Below, piece after piece: positions 42,772 to 57,299 of a stretch of DNA of 64,000 nt (within the stretch, counting starts at the first letter, position 1; every line of letters starts with the position of its first letter). The notes beneath the pieces are model-generated. The model was not told the DNA's origin and did no database searches. It saw nothing but the letters and a program-made list of their open reading frames with translations. A program made the position numbers and the translations under genes. The stretch lies in contig NC_045697.1 of assembly GCF_009834535.1 (NCBI RefSeq), positions 33,234,001 through 33,298,000 on the forward strand, written 5' to 3'. The DNA is from Camelus ferus (lineage: Eukaryota).

Positions 42772-44399
42772 CAACTATTAATTAAACACACTATCAGATC
42801 TATATGAGTCATCATTCATTGCCAAAGAAGTTGTAAAATACCTTATTTCTTTTTAAATCTGAAAACAATGGTGAGATATCATATTGTTAAAAAGTATGTA
42901 TTAGGGAATGCTGATTTCAATAAAGCTTTTTTATAAAATGTGTTGTAATAAAATACTTTGACAAGGTATTAGAATACTTAAAATATGAGTATTTTGCAAA
43001 TAAACTCTCTCAGGTTAAGGGCACTTTTAAATAGTCATATAGACCAGCTAGTGATCAATTTCCCTATTATCATCCTCCAATACTTGAAGTTAGTTTCATC
43101 AATATCTCTCTTTCTCATCCTCTTTTACTCATCCCCCCCTTCCCCTCTCTTTTCTTTCCCCCCTATCTTAAGATAAGAGAATGTATACATTTTAGATGAA
43201 ATACATGATTCACAATTTTGATGAATACTGACAGCCTACTGAATGTTAAATTTTTTGTCAGTGTATGTTTGTGCAAACACTTCCATGATAAATAACTAAA
43301 ATCAGTGACACACCTGAGATTGAAAATTCAGAAATTGTCCTTTGAGCACAAAGTCCCAGTCATTACGTTTGAAAATAAACACCTCAGCAATTGACAATTT
43401 CACTCAACTAAAATTGTGTGTGTATAAAAGGACATTATAAAGCCCACGTAGTTATGAAAATATCAGGTCATGTGTACAAACCTTACTCAGGTAAATGATT
43501 CCCAGTAATCCCTCAAAAATTGAATGGATGAGGACAATAAACATTAGTCACGGGTGATGGCTTAAGTCAGGAAGTGGATAGTAAGAGAAAATTTCATAAT
43601 CTAACCCACTGTGGTTTAGTCATTTTTTAAGTTTAATTCTATATAAATGCAACTCAATTTTTTAAAAAACTAGATTAAGAGATGAGTTTTTGCTATCTGA
43701 TAAGTTTTTATGCTAGTGTTTCTTTCCAACCGGTGGTTCCCTCAAATCCAGGTCTGATGTGAACACATAGGACATTTACCTGTCTAGGCAAATTAAATAC
43801 ATTTTACAACTTTTCATAGAACTTCAAATTTGATTTTTTCATTTCTGCAAAATTATGGGATCTTTTATCTGTTTCCGAATCTATTGCTGTAACAAGCATT
43901 TGCTACAGACCCACCACATAGGAGATACTCAAGGTTTATAAACCTTAAGTTTTAGGTGAGCTCTTTTTAAAAAGCGTTTTCAGGAACACTGTTTTTAAGC
44001 ATCCACAGTGTCCCTAGAGAGGGCTTGGCCAACCTATCCAAGGCAACCTGTGCCTTTCCGCCCACTCCCTGCAACCAGGCACATTCATGTTATGCCCTGA
44101 ACAATTCCAACAGTCCCCATCCGTTGCATTCCTCAGATAAAGCAAGTTCCCCACCTGCCTGAGTCAAGAACTCTACTGATAAGCATGCTTCTGGTCCCCT
44201 CAACAGTTGGGAGATATGCAGTCAGCTGTCTGTGTATCTTTGTTACTCGTAAAGCTTTCCATTACTACAAAGTCATATACTGAAATTACACTTTTCTTCT
44301 TCTGCCTCCCAACTAGCCAACAGGTCTTCAGAAAAGGCACCATGGCTTTCATCTGTGCATTGTCTTATTTTTGTCTTCAGACACATAAGAGAGTAAAAA

Positions 44400-45960
44400 G
44401 AACACTGCAAATACATGGTAGCCATCACCAACAAGAAGCGTAAACATAATTCACGTGTTTTCTCTCCTGTGTGTCCCTCCTCAAGCACATTTTCCTGCTC
44501 TGTGAGGAAACAGTCATCTTGAATTCAGTGTTTCTCATTCCCACATAAAGGCTTACATATTTACTATATAAATATATGTGTTCTGTGTCACATTTTTAAC
44601 ATTTATATAAATGAGATAATACTGTGTATACTTTTCTGAAACCACTTTTTTCAGTTACGTTGTTGAGATTTATTCATAGCAATACATCTAGTCCTTTGCT
44701 TCATTTTCATTGATGCCTAGCATTACCTCCTAAGAATATTTTACAGTATGCCTCCTTTTTCCATGCTTTTAAATATTTTTTTTCCTTGTCACTATTGCTA
44801 GCAATACTGCTATGAACACTATTACACAATGCTTTTAGGACAAAAGTATAAGAGTTACCCTAGACCAGAGGTCAGCAAACATTTTCCATCAGGGGCCACT
44901 TAGTGTTTTAGACTTTGAGGGCCATGTGGTCGGTATCACAACTACTCAACTCTGCTGTTGTAGTGTGCAAGCCCCCACAGGCAACATTTAAATGAGTCAG
45001 AGTGGCTATATTCCAATAAATCTTTGTTTACAAGAAAAGGCAGCCAACAGGATTTGGCCCATGGATCGTGGTATACCCACCACTGCTTTAGAGTGCTGAC
45101 AAGTGGGGTTACTAAAATTTATTATATGTGCAATCAATAACAACATATTGCCAAACTGAAATTGTAAGAGGAGTGTACATTACAATGAATAAGGAGATAC
45201 TGTCAAATTGAAATCCTAAGAGGTGTGCACATTTATATCTCCACTAGTAGAGTATAAACTTTCTCTTTCTCTACAACTTGGTGTAGACAGACTGTTTCAT
45301 TTTAGCCATTGTGATTGGTTTGAAATGGTTATAGTGCTGCCACTTGGATTTTTCTATTAAACCAGTGAAATTTAACATATTTTCATATGTTGGTTTATTA
45401 AATACTCTAGTTTTCTCTTGTATGGATTGTCTATTCATGTGATTTGCTCAATTTCCTTTTAGATTGTCTTTTTCTTATTGAATTATAGAAATTTTTTATA
45501 TTTTCTATTTACGAATAGTTTAGAAAATACAGAACTCAAAAAGAGTTATAATAAATAGCACAAAGGTATACAAAATATCATAAATATATCCCTCCATGTT
45601 TCTTTTAAAGATGTCAAAGTTCTGCTTTTAACGTTTAGGTCCTGGAATTATTGTGTATCATATGAAATACAGATCAATTGAACCATTTTTTTTCAAATGG
45701 AAAAACAACTTTCTGGTACCATTTATTGATTGGTCCATCTTTCCCCACAGTTCAGCAATGACATTTCTCTCATGTATTTAGTGTCCACATCAGCATAGAT
45801 CTGTTTGTGACGTCTCTTTTCTATTGTCTACACCTGCATCAATTCCAAAGCCATGATTTCTACAGCTATATAATAATTATAATTAATAGTGTTTTTATTA
45901 TTGTTCAGTTGAAGATGTTTCATACTTTCTACTATGACTTTTCTTTTTCTCTGTGTGGGA
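44400..45960 (-). mobile_element. Old L1 (L1ME-like) 3' fragment interrupted by MER58A
   Basis: tttatataaatgagataatactgtgtata, ttgttgagatttattcat and atttatatctccactagtagagtata degenerate L1 antisense motifs. Confidence 0.65.
44866..45085. mobile_element. MER58A-like hAT-Charlie DNA transposon
   Basis: cagaggtcagcaaac...caactactcaactctgctgttgtagtg...ttccaataaa...ggatttggccc...ccactg; flanks ccctagac / ctttagag resemble an 8-bp NTCTAGAN-type TSD. Confidence 0.85.
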
Positions 45961-46604
45961 GACATTGTTTTTATTTTCCAAATACATTGGTTTAATTAAT
46001 ATTTTCATCATTGGTGTTTAATTTTACTCCATTTGTAATAAGAGACTGTGCTCTGAAGATGCTAATAATTTCCAATTTATTGAAAATATCTTAAGAAAAT
46101 TTTTTGTTGAATCTGATCATTTCCTTATTTTAATGGGAAGGTAATTCAGTCCATGTACATTTAATGTGATTACAAATATACTGGACATGTCCCAGGTTAT
46201 AGTGTTTTTAGCAGTGATAATTAAAAGGATGAGGCTAGCAGGGTAACTTGTATAGATGTTTCATAATTAACTGATTAAAATGAATAAGAAAATAACTCTA
46301 GAAAATTAAGGAAGAAGAATCATAAAAGAGCAAACACACACACACACACACACACAATGAGTAGAGGGAGAGAAAAATATCAAACTAAGAGAAAAGAAAA
46401 ATTAGAAGCATATAGAGATTAACAGTGTCAAATAGCACTGAAAGATCTTGAAAGTTTAGTAGAAAGGAAGCCAAAATGCGATGGGTTGAGGAGTACACAG
46501 AGTATGCAAATAGAAGGAAAATAAAGTACTCTTTCCCACTCCTAAATTTGTAAGTGTCTTTAAGGGAAATCAGAGTTAAACCAGTAAAATCTAGATACTA
46601 GCTT

Positions 46605-47125
46605 ATATCATTAAGCTATTGCCATGTAAAAAAAAAAAATCACCTAAAATGCACTAGCTTAAAAAAGCAGACAATTATTATTAGCTCATGAGACTGGAGA
46701 TCAGCTGATCTCACCTGGGCTCAGTTGATCTCAGCTGTTCTTGCTTTTGTATCTGTGGGTTAGCTGGCCATTAGCTAATCTGGGCTAATATAGTGTACGG
46801 GCCACTGGGGCAACTCAGCTCTGTTCCAAGTATCTCTCAGCCTCCTACTCCAGGAACCACTGGTCTACCATGGGCTTATCTTTCTCATGCTGGCAGAAGT
46901 ATACACAATAACAAGCCCTAATGCACAAGCCCATTTAAGTCATTGCTTGTGTAATGTCTGTTAACATCCCATTGGCCAAAGCAAGTCACACCATTGAGTT
47001 GAGTGACAAGTACTACTGTAGGTCACCTCACTTTCAGTGGGAGGGCATTACAAAGTTAAGTGAGAAAAGAAGATGTGGATATAGAAAGGGGTGAAGATTG
47101 GGTGCCATCATTGCAGCTTACCACA
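46605..47125 (-). mobile_element. MaLR LTR (MLT1H/I/J-like)
   Basis: ttattattagctcatgagactgg...ttaacatcccattggccaaagcaagtcaca are MLT1-antisense hallmarks. Confidence 0.75.
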
Positions 47126-47311
47126 CTAGCCCTCTGTGAGAGGAAAAAAAGATTCTTGTGAATGAACAAAGAGTTTGAGAACATCTGAAACTTCTCTTCA
47201 TCATATGACTCCAATGAAAGTTATATGAGTCTGATATCAAGGTGTAATCAACTGTATTGTACCTAAATTAAATGAAAGCTTGTGCACAGAAGCAGGATAC
47301 TCAGCTTAGAG

Positions 47312-48190
47312 CAGTGACTTACAAAGTGAAATATGTACATCCATTTGGATGTAGGAACAAGATACTAGAATCTATTTTATATAAAATTATTATCTAAATA
47401 TAAGAAGTAAATGAGGCTTTGTGAGTAAATAACATATGGATCGCTGTATGTATATATGGCGCTCTCACTGTGTCCTATGGGAAGAGAAACAGCCACCCAG
47501 AGACGGTCAAGGGACACTGAGTTTACGCACTTGCAGCACACTGCGATTTGTACTCGGGTGACTTTTTAAGTCATAATATCTAGTTTTGATTAAACTAACT
47601 CAAGTGAAAATAGACAACTGACTTAAAAATTGCTAAATAACACCATGGATTGAAGAAACCACCAATAATTCCACAAACGCAAGTGAACAATAAGAAAAGA
47701 GGATATCACTTCTATGCCTCATATGAGTTCTTCATTAGCCCACATAAAGAATGATGAACTTAACTCTAAAATTAAGTGTACAAAAGCAAATTCGTAATTT
47801 TCAATAAGGATATTAAAATATGAGTTTACACCCACTGCATTTCATGGTGAGCTTCACCTTAAATACTGGCTATTGATGGCATAAGGACATTGCAAAAAGT
47901 AAGTTGTTTTAACAACCAGACATCCAGAACATGAAGGCGAACATCTAAAATTGGTGGATGTTTTTTTTAAAAATTGGCATAATGGTTCAGTAACTCACAG
48001 CCAATGATGCACTTCTCAAATTTGAACTTACATGTCTTTTACATCTATAGCAGTCATTAAGACAAGTGTTAGAATAATATGAATTTAGAATCAGACTGTT
48101 GATTGCTATATTATAAAATATTTAAGAAAGATATTTAAAAATAATAAAGTGCATTTAAACATATTAATTGCTAAAATAATCTCATGAATA
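47312..48190 (+). mobile_element. Degenerate hAT-Charlie-type transposon 5' part with transposase relic
   Basis: Begins ttagag|cagtg; broken frames give QIRNFQ*GY/KYEFTP (about 47788-47833) and LTTRHPEHEGEHL (about 47909-47947), resembling Charlie/ZBED N-terminal motifs; right boundary uncertain. Confidence 0.5.
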
Positions 48191-50249
48191 GAAATCTTAA
48201 GTGGGAGTGAAAATAAATCTATTTTGTTAATGATGTAAAAATTATACCTGAAAATAATGTTTTTTAACTTATTCAAATTTCTGCTTTTGTGCTTCTCCTA
48301 GAATACTTCAATATATTAGTACAAAAGCATGTAGATATAGACATAGAAATACATAAGTAAATACAGTTAATTTAGTTAATTCACAAGTTTTGTGGTTTTG
48401 CTTTTGAGATTAAAACAGAGGAAAAGGAGACATTTCAATCAAATATTTATTGTACATCCAGTAAATTACAATAGAATTTCCAAATAGATTATTTGCATTT
48501 GATTCCTTTAAATGCATATATAATGCACATTCTCAGTCTTTGAAAAAAATATCCTTGAAAGGTTTCTTAAACCTCAAGTTTGACGTGAGTATATACTGAT
48601 ATAGTAATCACTTGATTTGTGTGTTGCAAGAAACTTGCCAGAGAAGCACAGAATAATGCAACATCTTCACACAAACAAGATTTAGACCCATTAACTGAGG
48701 TTTTAGAAGAAATAAATGATACCAACATCAACTACAAAATTGCTCAGAGGACACACAAACAACTAAAAAGAAACAAAAAAAATTCATAAGGACATCAGCA
48801 CATAGCTATCCTCAGGCCTGCGTACAGGACACCTGAGAATGCTGGGTGACCCAAGAATTGAAGAATCCAGAAACTTCAAGTTTAAAAAAGTATTTACAGG
48901 AAATTTGATCTAACTTCTCCTTTTTGTAGATGGGATTATAAATAATTTTAGTGACTGCCCAGTTTCCAAGCTTGTGAGGGGCAGAACCCATACAAGCATG
49001 CAGTTCCCAGCCCAGTGTCTTTACTATTGAGTACTATTACTGTCTTTACACTGAGTACTATGTCCAAAAAATGTATTGTGAAGAAGGAAATCGTTCTCTA
49101 TTGCCCAGTTTATAGTAAAACATACTTTCAAGGACACAGTAACTTAGTGAAGGCAGCATATTTTTTAGTACCTGGCTACATTAATTATAAGTCAATGCTT
49201 GTAGCCCATTTCTGAAGAATTCTATCTACTCACTAAAACATACCCAAACTGCAGGACTGCTCTTGAAGTGACTCCTCATTTGCGTTGATTTACTGGGTAT
49301 ATTTTAAAGTACCAAAATTTATTTCATTATACCCTTTTACTGTTAAAGGCTAGTCTCCTCTGAGTAAGTTCCAATCAGTGTGCTTCTTCTATAATGAAGA
49401 AAAATGTGGTTTATGAAGCAGGTGTGTAGCAATGAAAGAAATAACACCCTTAGACTATACAAGACTGGTTAAGCTCCAATACCTTCAGTTGGTTTTCAAA
49501 GGGGTGTAACCATGAATTTAGCCCAGTATTAGCATTGCAAAAATTGCAAAAAAGTGAGACGCTTAAGAACAGATTGGCAGTGTCAATAAACCCAATTAGT
49601 ACAGATCATAAAACCTCATTATGCAAAGAAGCTCACACAGACTGCAGACCACCATGGCTACTGCATGTTCAGACCATTGTGCAGGCAAGATATCTGGGCT
49701 TTCTCTTTGGAACTAGATTCCTAACAAGTTTAAAAAAAAATTAAAAACTGATACTAAAGGTTCAGATTCTAACAGTAGATTATTAAAATATATCTAATCA
49801 AAGTACCAAAATGATTAATAGTTATATGTTAATCGCAATTCACTTTGATATAACTTACTACTTGAAATTCATAATAACCTTATTAAATATGAGAAGTATT
49901 CCCATTTCACAGGTGAATACTTTAAAAGCCATATTCATTTAAAAAAAGAGAGAGAAAGCCAAAATTTGAACTGTAACGTTATGCTTCCTAACACCATGTT
50001 CTTTTCATTGTACCATACATAAAAACAATTCTTGGAGGCAGGACATCAGAGTGAAATTTCCTTCTTTTATAGATTAAAAATAGGTACTAGTCATGTATTA
50101 TGGAAAGTCACAGGGAGAATTTAGTCACAGGCTGAGCCTGGAGTTTTGGAATCTATGTTCAAGTCTTCTTTCCACATTTAAACAGACTCAACAACAAGAC
50201 TGAAGGATAACAACAATATTAATAAGTTGAGTAATATGAAACAGATGTT

Positions 50250-50415
50250 AAGAGCATGAGCTTTCAAGTTAGGTAGACCGGGGTACTTGGCCTTGAACAG
50301 GTTCTTTAGTCTCTCTTTATTTCAGTTGACTTATCTGTAAAATGGTGATAATAATACAACTTATTTCTTAAAAGAATGAAGCAGAAGGGATAACACTTGT
50401 AAAGTTCTTAGAAAC
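50250..50415 (+). mobile_element. MIR SINE
   Basis: ttaagagcatgagcttt...cagttgacttatctgtaaaatggtgataataatac. Confidence 0.75.
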
Positions 50416-51882
50416 AGTTTGGACATCAAAGAAGGCGGCCTGTATAAATCATCTTCCAAGTATCCTTCTCGCCCATTCCCTATACTCAGGAAAAGGGGGG
50501 CCTGGCAAAGGAGTGACACCCAGCAGCAAAAATTCACCAAGTGCCAGGGACAGGGGTTAGTAGGATGCCGCAAGCGGTCCATGAAAGAGTATGCCACCTG
50601 TGCTGTTGGTGTTTCAGACAATAAGGAGGTCATTGAGAAGAAATCACAAGAGTGCCCAAGATTGGTCCTGTGTTTATCCCCCAGGCATACAAATGTCATT
50701 GATTGTGCAGAGGGAACCACTAACAGATAAAACTAAGTAAGACGATATCCCCCCCTTTTCTAATCTCCCCTTCCCTTGTCTCTACTCCAGAAGACCCAGA
50801 GAGAAGAGAGGAAGAGTAGATCACTGCCCATCACCTACTGTGCACCCCTTACCTGTGACCATAGCTGAGAAAAGGAGAGAAGATCTAAATGGCATAAGAG
50901 ATTGATGTTTAAATTGCACTGGACTGGGTTCTTGGATATTTAAAATTGAACAAAAAGCCAGAAGATGCACCCCAGATATTGTCAGGATGTGGGGAAAGAA
51001 GATCCAAAGAATGAGTTTGATCAGTTGAATTTCTAAAGCCCTTGGGATGAAGTTCAGATGCTTTCTCACAGTCTCCAAAGCCCTGTAGTGACCTCTCCCT
51101 CCATTACCTCTCTAGTCTCAGGTTCAGCAATTCTTTGTATACTCTGTCTACAGCAATACCGATCCTGTGGGGCGTCCACTGTGTCACACTCCGTCTTACT
51201 AGCCCAACTCATTGATCTCTGCTGCAGTCTCACTTCCCTGCATTTGGCCAACTTTTATTCCACACTGAGAACAGGGACAACGACCTCCTTCCTCAATGCA
51301 TCACCAGTATCTAACTGGCTGGAACATAGGAAATGAACGATAATTAGTCCATGAATAAGTGAGTGTGAGGAGTCACTGGAAGTTAAATGTAGTGACAAAG
51401 ATTCTGGACAATAACAGCTCAAATGGTACACGAGGCAAAAGGCACCAGCAGAGGCAGGTGGTAGAAAAGCTCTCATATACCTTACGTCAGTCCCCTGCGT
51501 GCAATACCCTAATCCTTAAATTCACAAGTGTGGAGGGTGTACATTTGTGTGTGTGTGCTTCTGTATAAATGCATTAAACTAATCACAGTAGGCGTTTCTT
51601 GCCTATAATAGTTATGTTTTAAAATATATTGACACATACAAAAAAAAAAGCGGTTTTCTACACTATGATCTGTGACAACCGAGATCGACCACGTTTTGAG
51701 TTTCACTAGGGATGCTTTCATGGCGCTGTTGGGCAGTTGGCTATAAGGCTTTCATGATCTGGTTCTAAGTTTTCTCTAGCCTCTTCTCCCCCCCAGTATC
51801 TAAAAGTATTCTAGGCTCCAGTCATGTTGAACTTTTACATTTTTTCTAAATTCAACAAATTCTTTCAGTTTGTGCTGTTTGG

Positions 51883-52126
51883 TTTTTTTTTTTTTAACTT
51901 TGTTTTATTGATTTATAATCATTTTACAATGTTGTGTCAAATTCCAATGTAGAGCACAATTTTTCAATTATACATGAACATATATATATGTTCATTGTCA
52001 CAGTCCTTTCTCTGTGAGCTACCATAAGATCTTGTATATATTTCCCTGTGCTATACAGTATAATCTTGTTTATCTATTCTACAATTTTGAAATCCCGGTC
52101 TATCTCTTCCCACTCCCCACCCCCTT
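51883..52126 (-). mobile_element. Young L1 3' end, camelid-like
   Basis: T-run then ttttattgatttataatcattttacaatgttgtgtcaaattcca...tttccctgtgctatacagtataatcttgtttatctattctac. Confidence 0.88.
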
Positions 52127-53719
52127 ATTCTTCGTGTTTTACTCTTTCCGTTACGTCGCTGGCCAATCCTTTTTTGTCCTCCTCCACCATCTTCTTTTCC
52201 TAGAAACCTTCTCAGATAGATATGTTCTACCCACATCCCCCTGCTACCATATTAATCCACAAATACTTCAATAAAAACGTGATCACACTGTTTTAAAATG
52301 GATGCTTTTTTCCCTTAGCTGTCCCCCATTACACTGTGAGCACCACGCAAGCAGCCCTGGTTATACTTAAGTATTTTGGCTCCTGACACTGACAGATACA
52401 GAGTATGCGCTTAGCAAATCTCGTGGAAAAAGAACAAACACAACTCATGCCTCCTAGTAGCTCAGACTGCAGTAAAGAAGAAAGACATGTGAAGATTTCC
52501 CTAGTGCGCAAAGTCATAGAAACGTGTGAACGCCATGTGGTGGGGCACGGGAACAAGGAACACTGACTCTACTTAGAGCAGCCAAGAAAAACATCAGGGG
52601 AGATGAAATTTGAGTTTGGCTTTGAATAAATGAAAGATCTCCAGTTGGCAAAGTAGGAGGGAAGCATAACAAGAACAGGGAAAAACATTTGCAAGGCCAG
52701 AGACTTGTAAAAGATAAAGGCATGTTCGGAGAACAGTGAGACGTTCAATGCAATCTTTAAAAATAAAAGCCTCTCTGATAGCTATGATGCCTACAGCTAC
52801 TGCCCTCTGTCGTGTCTCCACTCCACAACCCCGCTGCCTAAACAGGTTGCCTCCACCCTTTCTCCATTTCCTCACCTCCCACATGCCTCAGCCCACTGCA
52901 ATCTGGTTGCTTTTACCACAATCAACAAATATCTCCTTGTTCTTAATCTAATGACACATTCAAATTCTTTTCTTGGCTTTACCACAGTATATGACGCTAT
53001 TGTTCTCTCCCTACTTTTGCAATGCTCTCCTGCATTGGCATGAAAACCACATTCTCCTGGTGTTGTTAATCTTGGGAAAATGCTCATCATGGGACCTGAG
53101 ACCTTCTGTGTCTGACAATAATCTACATGTAATGGTATCTCCTGGAGAACATGTGGGAGTAACACCAGTGGACAGTGTCTATTATTCCTCATCAAGGCAC
53201 ACACGTTCTGTGTCGTTCTCCCAAGAAGACATGTCTCACCCTTGTAACCTAGGGAAAGAACATGCAACTTCTGCAATTTTTTATTTTAAAAATCACTTCA
53301 TGTTCAGCATGGTGGTTTGTTATTTAGTTTATACAAAAGAATGGAGGAATGATAAGGAATGCTTCTCTCCCAAGGCAGCCAAGTGAGCTATGACTGGATG
53401 TACCTTAGTTCCTACAACCCTCCCTCTTGCATAAAGGTAAGAAGTGGAGTCAAATTGGTCAAACTACACTTACCTGCACTCTTCTGGAATGATTACCCAA
53501 CTCCCTAAGTGAGGTTTTACTGTGAGCAAAACCTATGGGTTCATCCCATTACCAAATGAACCATACTCCTTCAGTATACAGAATCCTACCTGGATAGAGG
53601 GCCATTACTGATACAGATACCTGACTGTTGGACATCACTGCATCTGATAAGGAAAGAAAGGCAGTGGTCTCTGATGTTTGTTGTTAAGGTTCGGAGAAGG
53701 GAATGCCTTTCATTTTGAC

Positions 53720-54380
53720 AGACACCCATGGTTGCTCCTTCTCAGTCTCCTCTGCAATCTTTTTTTCATCTTCTTCTATTCTAGAGTTTCTAGAAAAGCA
53801 TAATTACCATTTCACTTTAGTTTCCTCCCTTGAACGAATTCATGTACGCCCATAGTTTCAACTACCAAAGGATGCACTCTAAGCCCTTCTCTTGAGCTCC
53901 AGATCTATGACTGATACCTCGCATCTCCAACTAAATCTCTCTCAAAGCCCCCAACTCAATACATCCAAAGCATAAATTCTCATCCCCTAGACACCAAATC
54001 AAAAGCAAACAAAACTTTTCTTTCTGTGTTCCATATCCCAGTGACTAGCACCACCATCCACCCAATGCCCCCAAGCATTCATCCTATACTTCTCTTTCAG
54101 CCCCTTCCTCCAACAGATCACCACATCTTGTCAATTCCACCACACAGAGATCTTTTAAATCTTTTCAGTTCTTTCCAACTTCAGTCCCATCACCCTGGCC
54201 ATCATTTCTTGCCTGGCATACAGCAGCTTTCAAACCAGCTTTTCCTTCCCTCAGTCTCTAATGCAAATGATTGGATTGCAGAAAATCTGACTCTTCACAT
54301 ATCTTTTATATTACCCCAACCCACCCCACCAATCATATGATGGCTTTTGGCTGCCCTCAGAAAAAGTCAAATGCTTTAAT
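53720..54380 (+). mobile_element. L2 fragment
   Basis: cttctcttgagctccagat, ccaactcaatacatccaaagcataaattctcatc and gcaccaccatccaccca L2 motifs. Confidence 0.6.
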
Positions 54381-56089
54381 TAGTAAAAGACAGACTGTCA
54401 CACCCCTCAATTAGGATTAGGATTCCACAGATCTTAGAAGAAACCTAGGAAATAACTTTTTAAATAAATAATACTGATTCCAACACAAGTGTCTGTGAAT
54501 CTCATTTTGAGGAACATTTTTAAAAACTCTAGGAGGGTGCTGAAAAATATTGGCTGAATGTTCCCTAAACCTAGTTCCTATCCTTCCAAAATATCACTAA
54601 CCTTCCAGTAGTCAGCTTCTGCATTCTGGCCTTAAAGTGAGGAAACATTATTACTCTACCTTTGATATACAGTATTCGCCATGTTTGTATGACTATTTAC
54701 AAATGGCAACTTGTGATAAAGGTAAACAACTTAAACACAGTGTCAATTTTCAACCAAATATCAATATCTAATAATTTTCTGAACTTCCCTATGATGTTCA
54801 CTATTGAACTACATAATATCCCAATAGCTTCTGGGGTGTCTAAGAGATAATGTACTCTGCATAAGATAGACAAGTATTAACCAAGGAGATTGGTATGAAC
54901 AACAAACCAAGGTCACCACTTTCCTGACTGACTGCTTTTTAATAGCTTAACTGTAAACTCTAGGTCACAAATCTTGAGATGACTTCAGCATTTCCATTGT
55001 TCAAGTTCTAACCCTAATACTTAGCAGTGCAAGAGATAACCATTTGGGCTGAGGTTCGTAGTCTAGGTTTCAGTGCAATAATTGGTGGCTATACCACGTA
55101 TGCCCGAAGAATATGCACACACAGTGAAAATATTTACTGCTATTGGAAAAGACCCTCTATAAACCAAAGAGAAGAGGAAAAAAATGCAGAAGAGTTAGAA
55201 ATTGCTTAAATGCTACTACCAGCCTTGTCAATCGTCAGCTACCAGTACATTTCCAAATTTACCTTCTTACTTATGAACTTTTTCAAAGTTGAAATTAAAA
55301 AAATTCAACTTAATTGCAAACACTGTAATTAGAATCTTTAATTATAATTTAGATCTGCAACTTTCTTTGGACAATTATTCTGGTTAATGATTCTGAGACA
55401 GTAGTTTGTGTGTGTGTTTGTGTGTTTGTTCTTTTGGTTCTTAATTCTTTTTGCTATGCTGCTTTTTCCTCTCAGGCTAATGTCACAACAAATCTACATC
55501 ACTGACCTGAACAGGAGGACTTCGGAGTTTAGATCTTGCTACTGAGTATGCACATTGCATAGAAATAAGACTGTATCAGCTAAGCTACCAACAGTAAAAT
55601 TAAATTTATTCTTTACTGTTTTCCCATTAACAAATAACTTCCGTAAGACATGAATTAGATATCTTCATATCCACTTTATGTACAGGTAGAAATAATATGG
55701 GTATATTTTCCCTTCGCATCATAATAAATTTCTTTCTCTTTAAAGTAACACATATAAGTTTCATTTCTTGACCTGGCCATTGATACTAACATCATTCAAA
55801 CTTTCCTCATTATTTTTCTTGCTTTACAACAAAAGTAATATCAAGGTTGAAAATCACTCCATCTGAGCATCGTGAAGACCAACTCATTTCTCTTCACAAA
55901 ATGTACTCGTTTTGAAATTGAGCTCTGTCTCCCCTAATAGATTTACAATGAGAAAGTGTGTGTGTCTGTGTTACAGTGTATTTAGGTTAGTCAGCTTACA
56001 CTTTCTTCTCTAGATTTGGACAAATATCAAACACTACCTGTTGAGTGATCAAACTGTCTCTTGACTCTCCCTCAGAATCGTCCCCACAT

Positions 56090-56686
56090 TACACATTATT
56101 ATGTATACCTATTTCTAGTGCATTGACTTTCAGCTCCAAGTCCATCCCCTTTCCCCTTCTTTGTGATACAGGAGAAGGGCTCTGTAAACATGGCTCCTTC
56201 ACCAGCTCACACAAGGTTAGGGTTTGTCTTTAGAGGGTGCTGGAGGTATACTCCCATGTCACAGCCAGCGAAGGGGGCTTTTCTCTCTGGTTCACTGCCA
56301 CGTCAGGTGCACTGTCATTCTTCAGTGCAGCTTCAAGGACTGCTGTGCTGTGAGTTTTCAGCCACCAGGAAGGATATGCCTCTGGACCAGTTTCAGCACA
56401 TACCCTCACAGCAGCATGTTCCTATAGCAACAGCATCCATTCTAGTGAGCTCTAAATCGTGGTCTTGAGGGGAAGGACTTCCTTCCAAGTTCTAAGTTCC
56501 TTCCTTGTTCATGATGCTTCACCCCAGAAGCAGATGCTGCCTTTCGCATTTACTAAATCTATACTGCTTAGAGTTTTCTTTTACTTTTTTATTTAACCAT
56601 CTTGTACCAGCTAATAATTCATATTAGATTTTCCCTCTTTTACTTAACTGTTACGGATCCTTTCCTCTGACCAGACTTTGATGACA
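56090..56686 (+). mobile_element. Old ERVL-type LTR (LTR41-like)
   Basis: ccagctcacacaaggttagggtttgtctttagagggtgctggagg and the 3' end cctctgaccagactttgatgaca; family call tentative. Confidence 0.45.
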
Positions 56687-57299
56687 AAGTAAGTATGTGT
56701 CCGGTTGGTGGTATTGCAATTAACTAGACTCTCCCAAACCAAGTATTGGTAAGACTGGGTAAATAAGGTGCATAAAGATGGAAATAAAGTAGCAAATCTG
56801 ACATGACATGACCAAAGAGAACTCTATAAGACTGTGTTGCATTGGGTGATTCAAGGAAAATGTGTATTAGGAGAAATATCTAGGGCCATCAAACATTTCA
56901 AGAGCCCATGGAGATATTAAATGTACATTGCATTTTAGGGACTATCTCAATGTGCAAATGCATGTGCCCACACACATACATACACATAATCCAAAATACA
57001 TAAAGAAAGCTAAAAATTCAAAATAATTGATTTTTAAAAATTTAAACATTGCCAAATTCCATTTCATTCAATTCAATTCAACCTATATAGTTTGGAATGT
57101 AAGTGCATTTTAAGGTTGACTATAATGTGTGGTAGTGTCCCCTAAAATAAGAAAGCCTATCTTGAGCCTGTTAAAAATTTTAAAGTAGTTGGGCTAAATT
57201 CACTAAAGAGACCAAAGACCCGAATTTAATTCAGAGACAAGAGAATTTAAATTTGTTCTGTTGCTAATGACTGCACACCTAACATCAGCTACCAGCTTT

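Noticed and set aside
52872..53386. Overlapping 134/137-aa ORFs, and other 60-125-aa ORFs in the track
   Set aside because: No recognisable domains or exon structure; many fall in L1/L2/MIR relics or simple repeats.
53474..53519. Possible 46-nt stop-containing cryptic exon (gctcacag|TAA...GTGCAG|gtaagt)
   Set aside because: Good donor but weak, ambiguous acceptor; expected by chance in a 20-kb intron and no other support.
56222..56246. CTCF-like motif within the LTR41-like element
   Set aside because: Core is degraded (tctttagagggtgct); unlikely to bind.
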